Origin: Myxococcota bacterium
GTDB taxonomy: Bacteria > Myxococcota_A > UBA9160 > JAFDDA01
Length of the DNA stretch: 64,000 nucleotides
NCBI GenBank assembly: GCA_965228475.1
Contig: OZ245817.1
Span: forward strand, 2,592,001-2,656,000
Direction of reading: 5' to 3'
The notes under the pieces were generated by a model that saw nothing but the letters and a program-made list of their open reading frames with translations, did not search any database and was not told the DNA's origin. The first letter of the stretch is position 1. The number at the start of each line of letters is the position of its first letter. A program made the translations under genes and the position numbers. Shown piece after piece: positions 35,474-45,413 of this stretch.

Positions 35474-37141
35474 ATGCCGAGCGACGTCGAGATCGCCCAC
35501 TCCGTCGAGCCGCAGCCCATCGCCGACATCGCCGCGAAGCTCGGCCTCGAGGCAGGTGATTGGCGGCCGCGGGACGTCGACGTCGCCAAGGTCGACCCGG
35601 CCCTGCTCGGGCAGCCGCCGGCCTCCCCCCGCCAGCCGAAGCTCATCCTCGTCTCGGCCATCACGCCCACCCCCGCCGGCGAGGGCAAGACCACCACCAG
35701 CATCGGGCTGGCGGACGGGTTGGCCCGCCTCGGGGAGTCCGTCTGCCTGGCCCTGCGTGAACCCTCCCTCGGGCCCTCCTTCGGCATGAAGGGCGGCGCG
35801 ACGGGCGGCGGACGAAGTCAACTCCTCCCGATGGAGCGCATCAATCTCCACTTCACGGGCGACTTCCACGCCATCACCTCGGCCCACAACCTCCTCGCCG
35901 CCGTGCTCGACAATCAGCTCTACTGGAACAACCCGCTCGGGATCGACCCGCGGCGCGTGCTCTGGCGGCGCGTGATGGACATGAACGATCGCGCTCTGCG
36001 GAGTCTCGTCGTCGGACTCGGCGGTCCGAAACAGGGCATCCCCCGGGAGACGGGCTTCGACATCACGGCCGCGTCCGAGGTCATGGCCATGCTGTGCCTC
36101 GCAGAAGACGAGGACGATCTCCGCGAGCGCATCGACCGCCTGCTCGTGGGCTTCACCTACGAGGGCGAACCGGTCACGGCGTCGAAGCTCGGCGCCTCCG
36201 GGGCGATGCTCGCGCTGCTCCAGGACGCTCTCTGGCCGAACCTCGTGCAAACCCTCGAGGGCACGCCCGCCCTCGTCCACGGGGGCCCCTTCGCCAACAT
36301 CGCGCACGGCTGCAACAGCGTGGTCGCCACCCGGCTCGCGCTCCGACAGGCGGACTGGGTCATCACCGAGGCCGGGTTCGGCTTCGACCTCGGGGCCGAG
36401 AAGTTCTTCGACATCAAGTGCCGCAGCGCCGGGCTCGAGACCGCGGCGGTCGTCCTCGTCGCGACCGTCCGCGCGCTCAAGATGCACGGGGGCACGCCGA
36501 AGAAGGCGCTCTCGCGCCCGGACGCCGAAGCCGTCCGCGCCGGACTCCCGAACCTCGAGAAGCACGTCGAGAGCATCGGGCACTTCGGTCAGGCACCGAT
36601 CGTCGCGCTGAACCGCTTCGGCGAGGACACGGATGCGGAGATCGAAGTCGTTCGCACCCACTGCGAGACGCTCGGCGTTCCCTTCGCCGTCTCCGACCAC
36701 CATGCCCGGGGAGGCGAAGGCGCAGAGCCCCTCGCGAGGACGCTCCTGGCCCATGCCGACCCCGAAACCCCCATGACGCCGATCTACGACCTCGAGGCCT
36801 CCGTCGCCGAGAAGGTCCTGGCCGTGGCGCGGACGATGTACGGCGCCCGCGACATCGTCTTCAGCCGCGACGCCAGGCGCGACCTCCGCGAGGTCGAGCG
36901 GCTCGGCTACGACCGCCTCCCCGTCTGCATCGCCAAGACACCCGGCTCGCTCTCGGACGAGCCGGCGCGCCGCGGCCGCCCCGAAGACTTCGAGGTGACG
37001 GTGCGGGGCATCCAGATCAACGCCGGCGCCGGATTCCTCGTCGTCCTCACGGGCGACATCATGCGGATGCCCGGCCTGCCCCGTCGCCCCCTGGCCGAAG
37101 CCATCGACCTGCGCGACGGTCGGATCGTCGGACTCGAATGA
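35474..37141 (+). CDS. fhs: Formate--tetrahydrofolate ligase
   Basis: TPTPAGEGKTT, REPSLGP, GGATGGG, INLHFTGDFHA, HGGPFANIAHG and TEAGFG motifs. Confidence 0.98.
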   Translation: MPSDVEIAHSVEPQPIADIAAKLGLEAGDWRPRDVDVAKVDPALLGQPPASPRQPKLILVSAITPTPAGEGKTTTSIGLADGLARLGESVCLALREPSLGPSFGMKGGATGGGRSQLLPMERINLHFTGDFHAITSAHNLLAAVLDNQLYWNNPLGIDPRRVLWRRVMDMNDRALRSLVVGLGGPKQGIPRETGFDITAASEVMAMLCLAEDEDDLRERIDRLLVGFTYEGEPVTASKLGASGAMLALLQDALWPNLVQTLEGTPALVHGGPFANIAHGCNSVVATRLALRQADWVITEAGFGFDLGAEKFFDIKCRSAGLETAAVVLVATVRALKMHGGTPKKALSRPDAEAVRAGLPNLEKHVESIGHFGQAPIVALNRFGEDTDAEIEVVRTHCETLGVPFAVSDHHARGGEGAEPLARTLLAHADPETPMTPIYDLEASVAEKVLAVARTMYGARDIVFSRDARRDLREVERLGYDRLPVCIAKTPGSLSDEPARRGRPEDFEVTVRGIQINAGAGFLVVLTGDIMRMPGLPRRPLAEAIDLRDGRIVGLE

Positions 37142-37155
37142 GGAGGCATCTCTCG

Positions 37156-37602
37156 ATGAAGCAGCAGATGGTCGGGGTCTTCGTGGCGGCAGCGCTCGTG
37201 GTGGCGTGCTCCTCCGAACCTCGGCGCGCGCCCGGCTCCAAGCCGATCCTGACGCCCGTCCACGATGCGACGCTGCGAGCCCACATGGCCCGCCTCGAGC
37301 AGCTCGTGGTCGAGCGCCTGCCGGCCGCGATGGACAGTGAGAAGGCTCGGGAGGAGATTGCGCGGGAGGCGACCGAGCTGGTCAGCTCAGCCAAGAGCCT
37401 GCCCGAGATCGCGGACGATCTCGACCTCTCGCACGACGAGAAGGCGCTCTTCTACACGCTGGCGGACTCCCTCGACGTCTCTGCCCAGCAGCTCGCCTCC
37501 GAGGCCGCGACCGGTGACGCCGACTCCGTGATGGCCCGCTACGAGGCGATCGTCCCCAGCTGCGTCGGCTGCCACAACCTCTTCCGCGAGCTCCCGGAGT
37601 AG
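37156..37602 (+). CDS. Lipoprotein class II (four-helix) cytochrome c / c-prime-like
   Basis: AGGAGG RBS, lipobox VVA-C, helical body and C-terminal CVGCH..FR. Confidence 0.8.
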   Translation: MKQQMVGVFVAAALVVACSSEPRRAPGSKPILTPVHDATLRAHMARLEQLVVERLPAAMDSEKAREEIAREATELVSSAKSLPEIADDLDLSHDEKALFYTLADSLDVSAQQLASEAATGDADSVMARYEAIVPSCVGCHNLFRELPE

Positions 37603-37618
37603 CCGGGCACCGCGACGC

Positions 37619-38224
37619 TCAGCCTTCGGGGCAGGGATCGAAGCGCAAGGCCACCGTGGTGTCCCGGGCCTCGGCCGGGTAGAGGCCCACGGCCGCGGAA
37701 GCCCGCGCCACGGCGTACTTCTCGACCTTCATGGCATGGATGGCCTTCACGGTCGGACGGTCTTCATGGAGCACCGGGACCACGCAGCGCGTCTCGCCGG
37801 CCCGGAGCATGTCGAGGCGCGCCCCGTCGAGGGAATGCTCGACGGCCTTCGAGCGCTGCATCCCGACCCACTCGCCGTCGTCGCGATCGACGATCCAGAG
37901 GCGCAGCTCCGCCGGCTGTCCCCCGCTGTCGGTCGCGTAGAGCGAGATCACCTCCTCGAGCTCCGACATCGTCGCGTAGAGGCCGAAGAAGAGCACGACG
38001 GGGCTCGCGGCCAACCCGGCCCAGCCGAGCGCGCGCGGCTTGCCCGGCCACAGCAGGAACGCGCCGAGCAGCAGGGCCCCGACCCCGCCGAAGAGATTCC
38101 CGCCGCGCGGCACGGCGTAGGCGCCCTCGTGCTGGAGCCGGACCGCGAAGACCACGAGCCCGAGGACAAGCAGCAGGACTCCGACGACGGTCTGGACCTT
38201 CGATGAAGCGTTCGACTCCGGCAT
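37619..38224 (-). CDS. Hypothetical membrane protein (3 TM plus soluble C-terminal domain)
   Basis: AAGGAGG RBS, three hydrophobic segments, C-terminal LRLWIVD domain with a Cys pair. Confidence 0.7.
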   Translation of the reverse strand: MPESNASSKVQTVVGVLLLVLGLVVFAVRLQHEGAYAVPRGGNLFGGVGALLLGAFLLWPGKPRALGWAGLAASPVVLFFGLYATMSELEEVISLYATDSGGQPAELRLWIVDRDDGEWVGMQRSKAVEHSLDGARLDMLRAGETRCVVPVLHEDRPTVKAIHAMKVEKYAVARASAAVGLYPAEARDTTVALRFDPCPEG

Positions 38225-38305
38225 GTCGTTCCTCCTTGAAGGACTGAGGCTACCCCACACCGTTGCCCGAACCGCGAACTCGGATCCGGCGCCCGCGACG
38301 GAAGG

Positions 38306-39859
38306 TCAGCGCGTTGCGCGAGGCCCGGCGCCCTTTCCCGGCAACTCGTTTCGGAGCAGCGCATCGATCGACAGCGCCAGCTCCCGGCGGGTGAAAGGCT
38401 TGCAGAGGAGCGGAACCCCCGCCGGAGGCGTGAGATCGCGCTTCCCCGACATGAGCAGCGACCGGGTCGCCGGAACGCGCTCCGCCACCTCCTTCACCAG
38501 CTCGACGCCATCGATCCCCCCCGGAAGGGAAACGTCCGAGAGCAGGAGGTCGAACGTCGTGCCCTCGAGGGAGGCCAGGGCCTCCGGAGCCGTCCCGGCC
38601 TCGGTCACCCGATAGCCGAGCAGCGCCAGCTGGCGGCGGACCACCGTGCGGACGGCCGGCTCGTCCTCGACCAGCAGGACCGTTTCGCCGGCCCCACCGG
38701 GCGCAGCCTGGGCGACCGGCTTCGGCGCCTCTTCCAGCGCCGCGTGACGCGGCAACATCAGGGTGAACCGGGCTCCGTTCCCCGGCTCGCTCTCAGCAAG
38801 GAGCTCCCCGCCCGTCTGGCTCGCGAAGCCGTAGACCATGCTGAGCCCGAGCCCGGAGCCGGCGCCGTCGGGCTTGGTCGTGAAGAACGGGTCGAAGACC
38901 CGCTCGAGGACGGCGCGGCTCATTCCGACGCCGGTGTCGGCCACCGTGACCGCCACGCGGTCGCCGGCCTCCCCGCCCTGTCCCGCAGCCTGGACGTTCC
39001 GGGCGCTGATCCGCAGGGTCCCGCCCGACGGCATGGCGTCGCGCCCGTTGAGCGCCAGGTTCACCAGTGCGTTCTCGAGCTCCGAGGGGTCCGCCTTGCA
39101 CTTCCACAGACCGGGCTCGCAGTCGATCCGGATGTCGATCCGGTCTCCGAGCCCGACCGAGAGCATGGGCTCGATGCGATGCAGGAGCGTCGGGAGGTCC
39201 AGCGGGACCGGCGCCAGATCCTGCTGCCGGGCGAAACTCAAGAGCCGGTTCGTGACCGAGACCCCGCGCTTGGCGGCATCGACGGCGCCTTGCAGGAGCT
39301 CCCTCGTCTCGCCGCTCTGGGGTGCGTCCAACGCCAGCTCGAGCGACCCGATGAGCACGGCCAGGATGTTGTTGAAATCGTGCGCGACGCCGCCCGTGAG
39401 CTGGCCGAGGGACTCGAGACGCTGGAGCTGCCGAAGCTGGGCCTCGGTCCGCTTGCGCTCGGAGATGTCGCGACAGTTACAGACGAGGCCGACGCGCTCC
39501 CCCGACTCGTCCATGAGCAGGCTCAGCGAGACCTCGACGTCGAACGCGCGACCGTCCCGGCGGAGCCCAACGAGTTCTCCGCTCCAGGCGCCGCTCCTCA
39601 AGAGCTCCGGGAACGACTCTTCGTCGATCCGGCGCGTTTCCTCGGGGCCGTAGAGCAGGCGCCAGCTCTTGCCGAGGAGCTCCTCCGGTGCGTAGCCGTA
39701 CATCCGCGCCTGCGCCGGATTGACGTAGGTGAAGTTGCCGTCGTTGTCGTGGAGCGCGAACCCCTGCATCGCCTGATCGCAGGCAGCTCGGAGCATCTCG
39801 ACCTTCGCGACGGACATGGAAGCTCCTGGGCCGGGGTCCTCGGGTCCGCTCCGGAACAT
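38306..39859 (-). CDS. Cytoplasmic PAS hybrid sensor histidine kinase with receiver domain
   Basis: PAS (YVNPA...GY..EELLG), H-box GGVAHDFNN, NLALNGRDA, DTGVGM, FDPFFTTK, GSGLGL and REC LVEDE...LSD...KP. Alternative start at 39817. Confidence 0.94.
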   Translation of the reverse strand: MFRSGPEDPGPGASMSVAKVEMLRAACDQAMQGFALHDNDGNFTYVNPAQARMYGYAPEELLGKSWRLLYGPEETRRIDEESFPELLRSGAWSGELVGLRRDGRAFDVEVSLSLLMDESGERVGLVCNCRDISERKRTEAQLRQLQRLESLGQLTGGVAHDFNNILAVLIGSLELALDAPQSGETRELLQGAVDAAKRGVSVTNRLLSFARQQDLAPVPLDLPTLLHRIEPMLSVGLGDRIDIRIDCEPGLWKCKADPSELENALVNLALNGRDAMPSGGTLRISARNVQAAGQGGEAGDRVAVTVADTGVGMSRAVLERVFDPFFTTKPDGAGSGLGLSMVYGFASQTGGELLAESEPGNGARFTLMLPRHAALEEAPKPVAQAAPGGAGETVLLVEDEPAVRTVVRRQLALLGYRVTEAGTAPEALASLEGTTFDLLLSDVSLPGGIDGVELVKEVAERVPATRSLLMSGKRDLTPPAGVPLLCKPFTRRELALSIDALLRNELPGKGAGPRATR

Positions 39860-39926
39860 AGAGACCCCCTTGCGGCACCGCAGGGGCAAACGAGCCCGTG
39901 CGGTGTAGGCGGAAACCGGCAGTCGA

Positions 39927-39952
39927 CATTAATTGAACTCGTTCATTTAATG
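39927..39952. promoter_or_regulatory. 26-bp imperfect palindrome (putative operator) upstream of Coq4
   Basis: CATTAATTGAAC-TC-GTTCATTTAATG, one mismatch, strongly AT-rich. Confidence 0.7.
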
Positions 39953-39988
39953 GTCTAGAGTCGCCCGCAGACCCCACGAGGAGGCCCC

Positions 39989-40690
39989 ATGCCCCGACCC
40001 ATCGTCGATCGTGCGTTCGCCGAGAAGTTCCTCACCTCGGTCGACCGCCCCCTCGAATACGGCGTCTACTTCCTCTTCCACGAGTGGTGGGACCAGGCTC
40101 CCCAGTCGGCCATCGACGCCTACGCGAAGGAGCTCGCCTCCCTGCCCGGCGCGGACGCCTTCATGAAGGAGCGCTACCTCGCGGAGCCGCTCTCCCTCGA
40201 ACGGCTCGCCGCGTGCGCGGAGGGCACGCTCGGCCACGGCTATCACCGGTTCATCGTCGAGAACGACCTGGAGGCGAACCTCGCCCGCAACTACCGGGAG
40301 TTCAACGCCGAGCTGCAAGCCTCGGGGAAGCTCGACCGGCTCCCGGACGACATGAGCTACGCGATCGTGCGGGGGTTCCAGATCCACGACTTCCTGCACG
40401 TACTCACCGGCTTCGACTCGACTCCCGCCGGAGAGCTCGCCCAGGCCGCCTTCCATTTCGCACAGCTCCGCTACCCCTACCATGCGATGCGCATGGCGGT
40501 GACGACGGCGCACATCGCCTTCCTCGCCCCGGGATTCATCGAGACCGCGATGGATTCGATCGTGGCGGGCTGGAGCCTCGGCCGGTCGAGCCAGAACCTC
40601 CACTTCGAGCGCTGGGAGGACGAGCTCGACACGCCGATCGCAGAGCTGCGCCAGCGCATGAACATCGCGTCCGAAGCCCGAGCCGCCTAG
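39989..40690 (+). CDS. Coq4-family protein
   Basis: EGTLG.GY and metal motif IHDFLHVLTGFDSTPAGE (HDxxH-x11-E). Confidence 0.88.
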   Translation: MPRPIVDRAFAEKFLTSVDRPLEYGVYFLFHEWWDQAPQSAIDAYAKELASLPGADAFMKERYLAEPLSLERLAACAEGTLGHGYHRFIVENDLEANLARNYREFNAELQASGKLDRLPDDMSYAIVRGFQIHDFLHVLTGFDSTPAGELAQAAFHFAQLRYPYHAMRMAVTTAHIAFLAPGFIETAMDSIVAGWSLGRSSQNLHFERWEDELDTPIAELRQRMNIASEARAA

Positions 40691-40711
40691 CGCCCGCGAC
40701 GCCCGGAAGCG

Positions 40712-41302
40712 CTACCGATCCGGACCGCCGAAGCCTCGAAGGAGCTGCCGGATGGCCCGCTCGATCGCGGCCGGGCCGAGGCGCGGCTTGCGATGGAGCG
40801 ATGCCAGGGCCGCTTCGGCGAGGGCCGCATTGACGAAGCGGGCCGTGAGCTCGAGCGAATCGACGCGGAGCTCCCCCGCCTGGGCCGCGCGTTCGAGCCC
40901 CCGGGTCATGAGACCGAGACTCGTCCGGGCCTCGAGGTCGCGCGCACGCTTCCAGCCGAGGACCTGCGGGCCCTGCTCGAGCAGGATCGCCGCGACCTCG
41001 GGCTTGCGAACCTCTCGCAGCCAGCCGAGGCACACCTGGACGAGCGCCTCGAGCGGCGAGTCCGAGGGTCTCGCCCGCCGCAGGGCACGGGCGATCGCCT
41101 CATCGGAGACCCGCTCGAAGACGGCCTCGAAGACCGCCCGCTTGTCGGCGAAGTGGTGGTAGAGCGCGCCACGGCTCGTTTCCGCGGCCTCGAGGAGATC
41201 CTCGGTCGAGGTGGCCTCGTAGCCGTGCTCGGCGAAGAGTGCCTGGGCCGCGTCGAGGATGCGCGCCTGGGTCGCGGCGCGACGTTCTGCCTGGGTTGCC
41301 AC
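40712..41302 (-). CDS. TetR-family transcriptional regulator
   Basis: LFAEHGYEATS...SRGALYHHFADK. Confidence 0.93.
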   Translation of the reverse strand: MATQAERRAATQARILDAAQALFAEHGYEATSTEDLLEAAETSRGALYHHFADKRAVFEAVFERVSDEAIARALRRARPSDSPLEALVQVCLGWLREVRKPEVAAILLEQGPQVLGWKRARDLEARTSLGLMTRGLERAAQAGELRVDSLELTARFVNAALAEAALASLHRKPRLGPAAIERAIRQLLRGFGGPDR

Positions 41303-41313
41303 CCCGTGATGTT

Positions 41314-41360
41314 ACCGACGGCTCGTCGGTTTGCTATCTAAACAGACTCACAGTCTGTTT
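41314..41360. promoter_or_regulatory. Two related TetR operator palindromes
   Basis: ACCGACG-gct-CGTCGGT (41314-41330) and AAACAGACT-cac-AGTCTGTTT (41340-41360), shared geometry AC.GAC-N5-GTC.GT. Confidence 0.7.
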
Positions 41361-41372
41361 TCTGGAGGCGAC

Positions 41373-41741
41373 ATGAGCGATTACCCCGAGTCCTTCGATC
41401 ACATGCTCGCGGCGTGGAACGAAAGCGAGCCGGCCAACGTCCGCGGCCACCTCGAGCGGGCCCTGGCTCCGAGCGTGCACTTCGTCGACCCGAGCATCGA
41501 GACGCGCGGCATCGACGCATTCGAGGCCAACGTCCACGAAGTCCAGGGGCGGATCCCCGGCGCCGAGTACCGCCGGACCAGCCGCGTCGACGGACACAAC
41601 GGCCTCTACCGCTACCACTGGGAGATCCGGCGCGACGGAAAGACGCTGCTTCCGGGCTTCGACGTGACGGAGGTCGACGACCAGGGCCGTGTCGTGCGGG
41701 TGCTCGGGTTCTTCGGCCCGCTGGCCGAACACGACGGCTGA
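41373..41741 (+). CDS. SnoaL-like/NTF2 family protein
   Basis: GGAGG RBS; AAWNE...HFVDP...YRYHW...GFFG pattern. Confidence 0.85.
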   Translation: MSDYPESFDHMLAAWNESEPANVRGHLERALAPSVHFVDPSIETRGIDAFEANVHEVQGRIPGAEYRRTSRVDGHNGLYRYHWEIRRDGKTLLPGFDVTEVDDQGRVVRVLGFFGPLAEHDG

Positions 41742-41777
41742 CCCCCGGCCCCTTGCGGGACCGTCCCGTGGCCCATA

Positions 41778-41795
41778 AAATGACCATGATCATTT
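41778..41795. promoter_or_regulatory. Putative TetR operator abutting the start codon
   Basis: AAATGA-N6-TCATTT directly before ATG 41796. Confidence 0.55.
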
Positions 41796-42416
41796 ATGAG
41801 CCCGATCCCCGCCACGACGGAACCGCCCCTCGGCCTGCGCGAGCGCAAGAAGCGTGACAAACGCGCCCGCATCCTCGCGGCCGCCCGGTCCCTCTTCGAG
41901 GAGCAGGGATTCGAGGAGACCACGGGGCGGCAGGTCTGCCAGCGCGCCGGGGTCGCGACCGGAACCCTGTTCCTCTACGTGAAGGACAAGCGCGAGCTGC
42001 TCCTCCGGGTCTTCGAGGAGGATGCGCGACGCCTCTTCGCGCGCCCCCGGCCCGCGACGGGCCCGGCCGTCGACCGCTGGCTCGCGATCTTCTTCCCGTT
42101 CCTCACCCTCTACGCGCGCAACCCGGGCCTCTCCGCCGCCTACGTGAAGGAGCTCCTCTTCCGCACGGAGCGGCCTCCGGAACTGCGAGAGCTGAATCAG
42201 GCGCTGCGCGACGCCGTCCTCGAAGTCGCCCGGGATGCCCAGGTCGCCGGCGAGCTGCGCCGCGACGTCGGCGCCGAAGAGGTCGCCGCGCTCGTCGCAG
42301 GCCAGTACGCACACCTCGTCCAGATGTGGCTCGGCGTCGGCGCCCTGGGCCCGCGGCAGGTCCGCTCACAGCTGCGCCGCGGGCTGACCCTCCTGATGGA
42401 AGGACTCGGAACATGA
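41796..42416 (+). CDS. TetR-family transcriptional regulator
   Basis: GLRERKK...LFEEQGFEETT...AGVATGTLFLYVKDK. Confidence 0.93.
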   Translation: MSPIPATTEPPLGLRERKKRDKRARILAAARSLFEEQGFEETTGRQVCQRAGVATGTLFLYVKDKRELLLRVFEEDARRLFARPRPATGPAVDRWLAIFFPFLTLYARNPGLSAAYVKELLFRTERPPELRELNQALRDAVLEVARDAQVAGELRRDVGAEEVAALVAGQYAHLVQMWLGVGALGPRQVRSQLRRGLTLLMEGLGT

Positions 42417-43567
42417 CGGATCGGACACGCGGCAACGAACGGATCTTGATCGTCGGCGGCGGCATCATGGGGCTCGGCCTGGCCACGGGGCTGCGGCGCC
42501 TCGGCCTCGCCCCCACGATCGTCGAGCAGGCGCCGCGTTTCGGTGCGGTGGGCGCCGGGATCTCCCTCAGCGTGAACGCCATGGCCGCCCTGCGCTCCCT
42601 CGGCCTCGCCGACGCCGCCCGCCAGGCGGGCCGCGTCATGCCGACGGCCGAGATCTTGACCTCGAGCGGGCGCTGCCTCTCGCGGGTCGATCTCGGGAAG
42701 CTGGCCGCGGAGTTCGGCCCGACCCTCGGGATCCACCGCGCGCAGCTCCACGAGGTGCTCCTCTCGGGCTGCGAGGGCCTCGACCTCCGAGCCGGCACGA
42801 CCGTCGAGAAGCTCGTCGACCACGGAGAGGTCGTCGAGGCGAACTTCTCCGATGGCACCCAGGGCGAGTTCGACCGCGTCATCGGCGCCGACGGGCTGCG
42901 CTCGCGAACCCGGGAGCAGGTCTTCGGCGAGACGGCCCTCCTCTACTCCGGCTACACGTGCTGGCGCCTCGTCGTCGACCGCCCGGAGGGACTCGACGGC
43001 GGCCAGGAGATGTGGGGACGAGGGCAGCGCTTCGGGCTGATGCCTCTGCCCGAGGGCCGGGTCTATTGCTTCGCCACCGACAACGCGCCGGAGGGGACGC
43101 CCGACCCGGCGGACGGCCGCGTCGAGCGCTTCCGGGCCCGGTTCGCGGACTTCGCCGGCCACGCCCCGGCCGTCCTCGAGCAGATCGAACGCCCGGAGCA
43201 GCTCATCCACAACGACCTCTACGAGCTGCCGCCCCACCCCTGGCACGCGGGCCGCGTGCTCCTGCTCGGCGACGCCGCCCACGCCACGACGCCCAACATG
43301 GGCCAGGGTGCCGCCATGGCCCTGGAGGACGCCTCGGTCCTCTGCGAGATGCTGGCCGGTGGCGCGCCCTGGGACGCGGTCCTTCCCGCCTTCGTGGCCC
43401 GGCGCGAACCGCGGGTCCGCTTCGTCGTCGACCAGTCGCGGCGCATCGGCCGGATGGGCCAGACCGCGAATCCGCTCCTCGCCTGGCTCCGGAACACGAT
43501 CGTCGGAGTGACGCCGGACCGCGTCGCAGAACGGACCGCGCGGCGCGCCGCGGCGACGGCGATCTGA
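42413..43567 (+). CDS. FAD-dependent monooxygenase (class A)
   Basis: GGGIMG, IGADGLRS and LLGDAAHATTPNMGQGAAMALED motifs; ATGA-coupled to TetR. Confidence 0.93.
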   Translation: MTDRTRGNERILIVGGGIMGLGLATGLRRLGLAPTIVEQAPRFGAVGAGISLSVNAMAALRSLGLADAARQAGRVMPTAEILTSSGRCLSRVDLGKLAAEFGPTLGIHRAQLHEVLLSGCEGLDLRAGTTVEKLVDHGEVVEANFSDGTQGEFDRVIGADGLRSRTREQVFGETALLYSGYTCWRLVVDRPEGLDGGQEMWGRGQRFGLMPLPEGRVYCFATDNAPEGTPDPADGRVERFRARFADFAGHAPAVLEQIERPEQLIHNDLYELPPHPWHAGRVLLLGDAAHATTPNMGQGAAMALEDASVLCEMLAGGAPWDAVLPAFVARREPRVRFVVDQSRRIGRMGQTANPLLAWLRNTIVGVTPDRVAERTARRAAATAI

Positions 43568-43612
43568 ACGGCCCGGCCCTGCTCACGGGCCGGCGGGTGA
43601 TATCCTGCCCCC

Positions 43613-45394
43613 GTGGTACCGCGCGAACCGTCGGAACCCCTGCTCGAAGCTTCCGGACGAATCGTCCGGCCCGCCTATCTCGGCGCCGCCATCGTCTATC
43701 TCGGCCTCGCCGCGAGTCACCCCTGGCTCGGGCAGGCCGACACGCCGCTCCCGCTGACCCTCGCGGTGCCGATCACCGGCCTCGGGCTGCTCGCCGCCTG
43801 GGCGTTCATGGCACGGCGGCCGGCACCCACCGTCCATGCGAACGCCCTGATGCTGCTCCTCGTCTTCATCATGTGCCTCAACTCGACGGCCTTCCTCGAC
43901 TGGGCCCGCGACCCGATGCACAGCACGAACCACATCCTGATGGGCTTCGCAGCCGGCTTCGCGCTCTCGTCCCGCGCCTACCTGGCCGCGGCGCTCTCGA
44001 TGATCTTCGCGTTCTGGCTGAGCGTCGCGGTCGCCGAGGGCCTCGATACGCCCGAGTGGCGCCACTGGAGCGCGATGATCGGTGCGAGCAACGTCCTGGC
44101 CGTGCTCCTGTTCGAAGCGCGCCGACGCGCCCTGCTGCACGAGCACGGGCTCCGCACCCTCTCGGACGAACGCGCCCAGGTCGCGGCCCAGGCCCTCGCC
44201 GAAGCCAACGCCGCCAATCGCGAGCGCCTGGAGATGCAGGAGATGATGCAGGAAGCCCTGCGGCGCGAATCCCTCGGCTCCCTCACTGGCGGGATCGCCC
44301 ACGACTTCAACAACCTGCTGGTCGCGATCGGCGGCAACCTCGAGCTCGCGAAGGGCCAGCTCGACGACCCCAAAGCCCTCCGCGAGTGCATCGAGGAAGC
44401 GGAGCTCGCGACCCAGCAGGCCGCGCGCCTGACGCAGCAGATGCTGCTCTACGCCGGGCGTTCGAAGCCGAAGAGCGAAGTGTTCTCGCTCGGCGAGCGG
44501 ATCCGTGACATCTCGCGGATGCTGCGCTCGTCGATCCCGCCCTCCATCTCGTTTCGGCTGGAGGGGACGGGCGCAGGGCCCACGGTCAGCGCGGACGGGA
44601 CCCAGTTCGATCAGGTCGTCCTGAACCTCGTCCAGAATGCGGTCGACGCCTGCACCGAATCGGGGGGCTCGATCGAGATCCGCTGGTGCGAGATGAACCT
44701 CTCGGCCGAGGCGCTCGCCTCGATGCGCCGCGCTTCCTCCGCGGCCCCGGGCCGCTTCGCGTGCATCGAGGTCCGCGATACCGGCGTCGGCATGGATCGC
44801 TCGGTCGAGACCAGCATGTTCGACCCCTTCTTCACGACCCGCGGCCGCGGCAGCGGACTCGGCCTCGCGACCGTCGACGGCATCGTGACGGCCCACGGCG
44901 GTGCCATCTCCGTGACAACGGCCCCGGGCGAAGGATGCACGGTGCGCGTCCTGCTTCCGCTCACGCCGGGCGTGGCCGACGATCCCCGGGAGGAGACGCC
45001 GCGCGCCCGCGCCTCGGGCGCCGTCCTCGTCGTCGACGATCGCCCCGAGGTGCGCCGCGTCGCCCGCCGCCATCTCGAAGCGGAGGGTTTCTCGGTCCGC
45101 GAGGCCGACGGCGGCCGGGAAGCGCTCGCGATCATCGGCAAGCACGACGACTGGGCCGCCGCCCTCGTCGACCTCACCATGCCCGAACGAAACGGCCACG
45201 AGGTCGCGAGCGATCTGCGGGTGCTCCTTCCCGAACTCCCGGTCGTGATCGTGAGCGGCTTCGACCGGGACGACGTCCTCGCCGAGCACGCAAGCGAGTA
45301 CCCCTTCCTCGCGAAACCCTTCACGCGCAAGAGCCTCCTCGAGGCGCTCTCACAAGCGATCGCACGGGGCGGCCCGGGCCCGAGGACCGGCTGA
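43613..45394 (+). CDS. Membrane-bound hybrid histidine kinase/receiver protein
   Basis: 5-6 TM N-terminus, GGIAHDFNN, NLVQNAVDA, DTGVGM, FDPFFTT and REC VVDD...VDLTMP...KP. Confidence 0.93.
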   Translation: MVPREPSEPLLEASGRIVRPAYLGAAIVYLGLAASHPWLGQADTPLPLTLAVPITGLGLLAAWAFMARRPAPTVHANALMLLLVFIMCLNSTAFLDWARDPMHSTNHILMGFAAGFALSSRAYLAAALSMIFAFWLSVAVAEGLDTPEWRHWSAMIGASNVLAVLLFEARRRALLHEHGLRTLSDERAQVAAQALAEANAANRERLEMQEMMQEALRRESLGSLTGGIAHDFNNLLVAIGGNLELAKGQLDDPKALRECIEEAELATQQAARLTQQMLLYAGRSKPKSEVFSLGERIRDISRMLRSSIPPSISFRLEGTGAGPTVSADGTQFDQVVLNLVQNAVDACTESGGSIEIRWCEMNLSAEALASMRRASSAAPGRFACIEVRDTGVGMDRSVETSMFDPFFTTRGRGSGLGLATVDGIVTAHGGAISVTTAPGEGCTVRVLLPLTPGVADDPREETPRARASGAVLVVDDRPEVRRVARRHLEAEGFSVREADGGREALAIIGKHDDWAAALVDLTMPERNGHEVASDLRVLLPELPVVIVSGFDRDDVLAEHASEYPFLAKPFTRKSLLEALSQAIARGGPGPRTG

Positions 45395-45413
45395 GCCCGG
45401 GAAGGGCGCGGTC

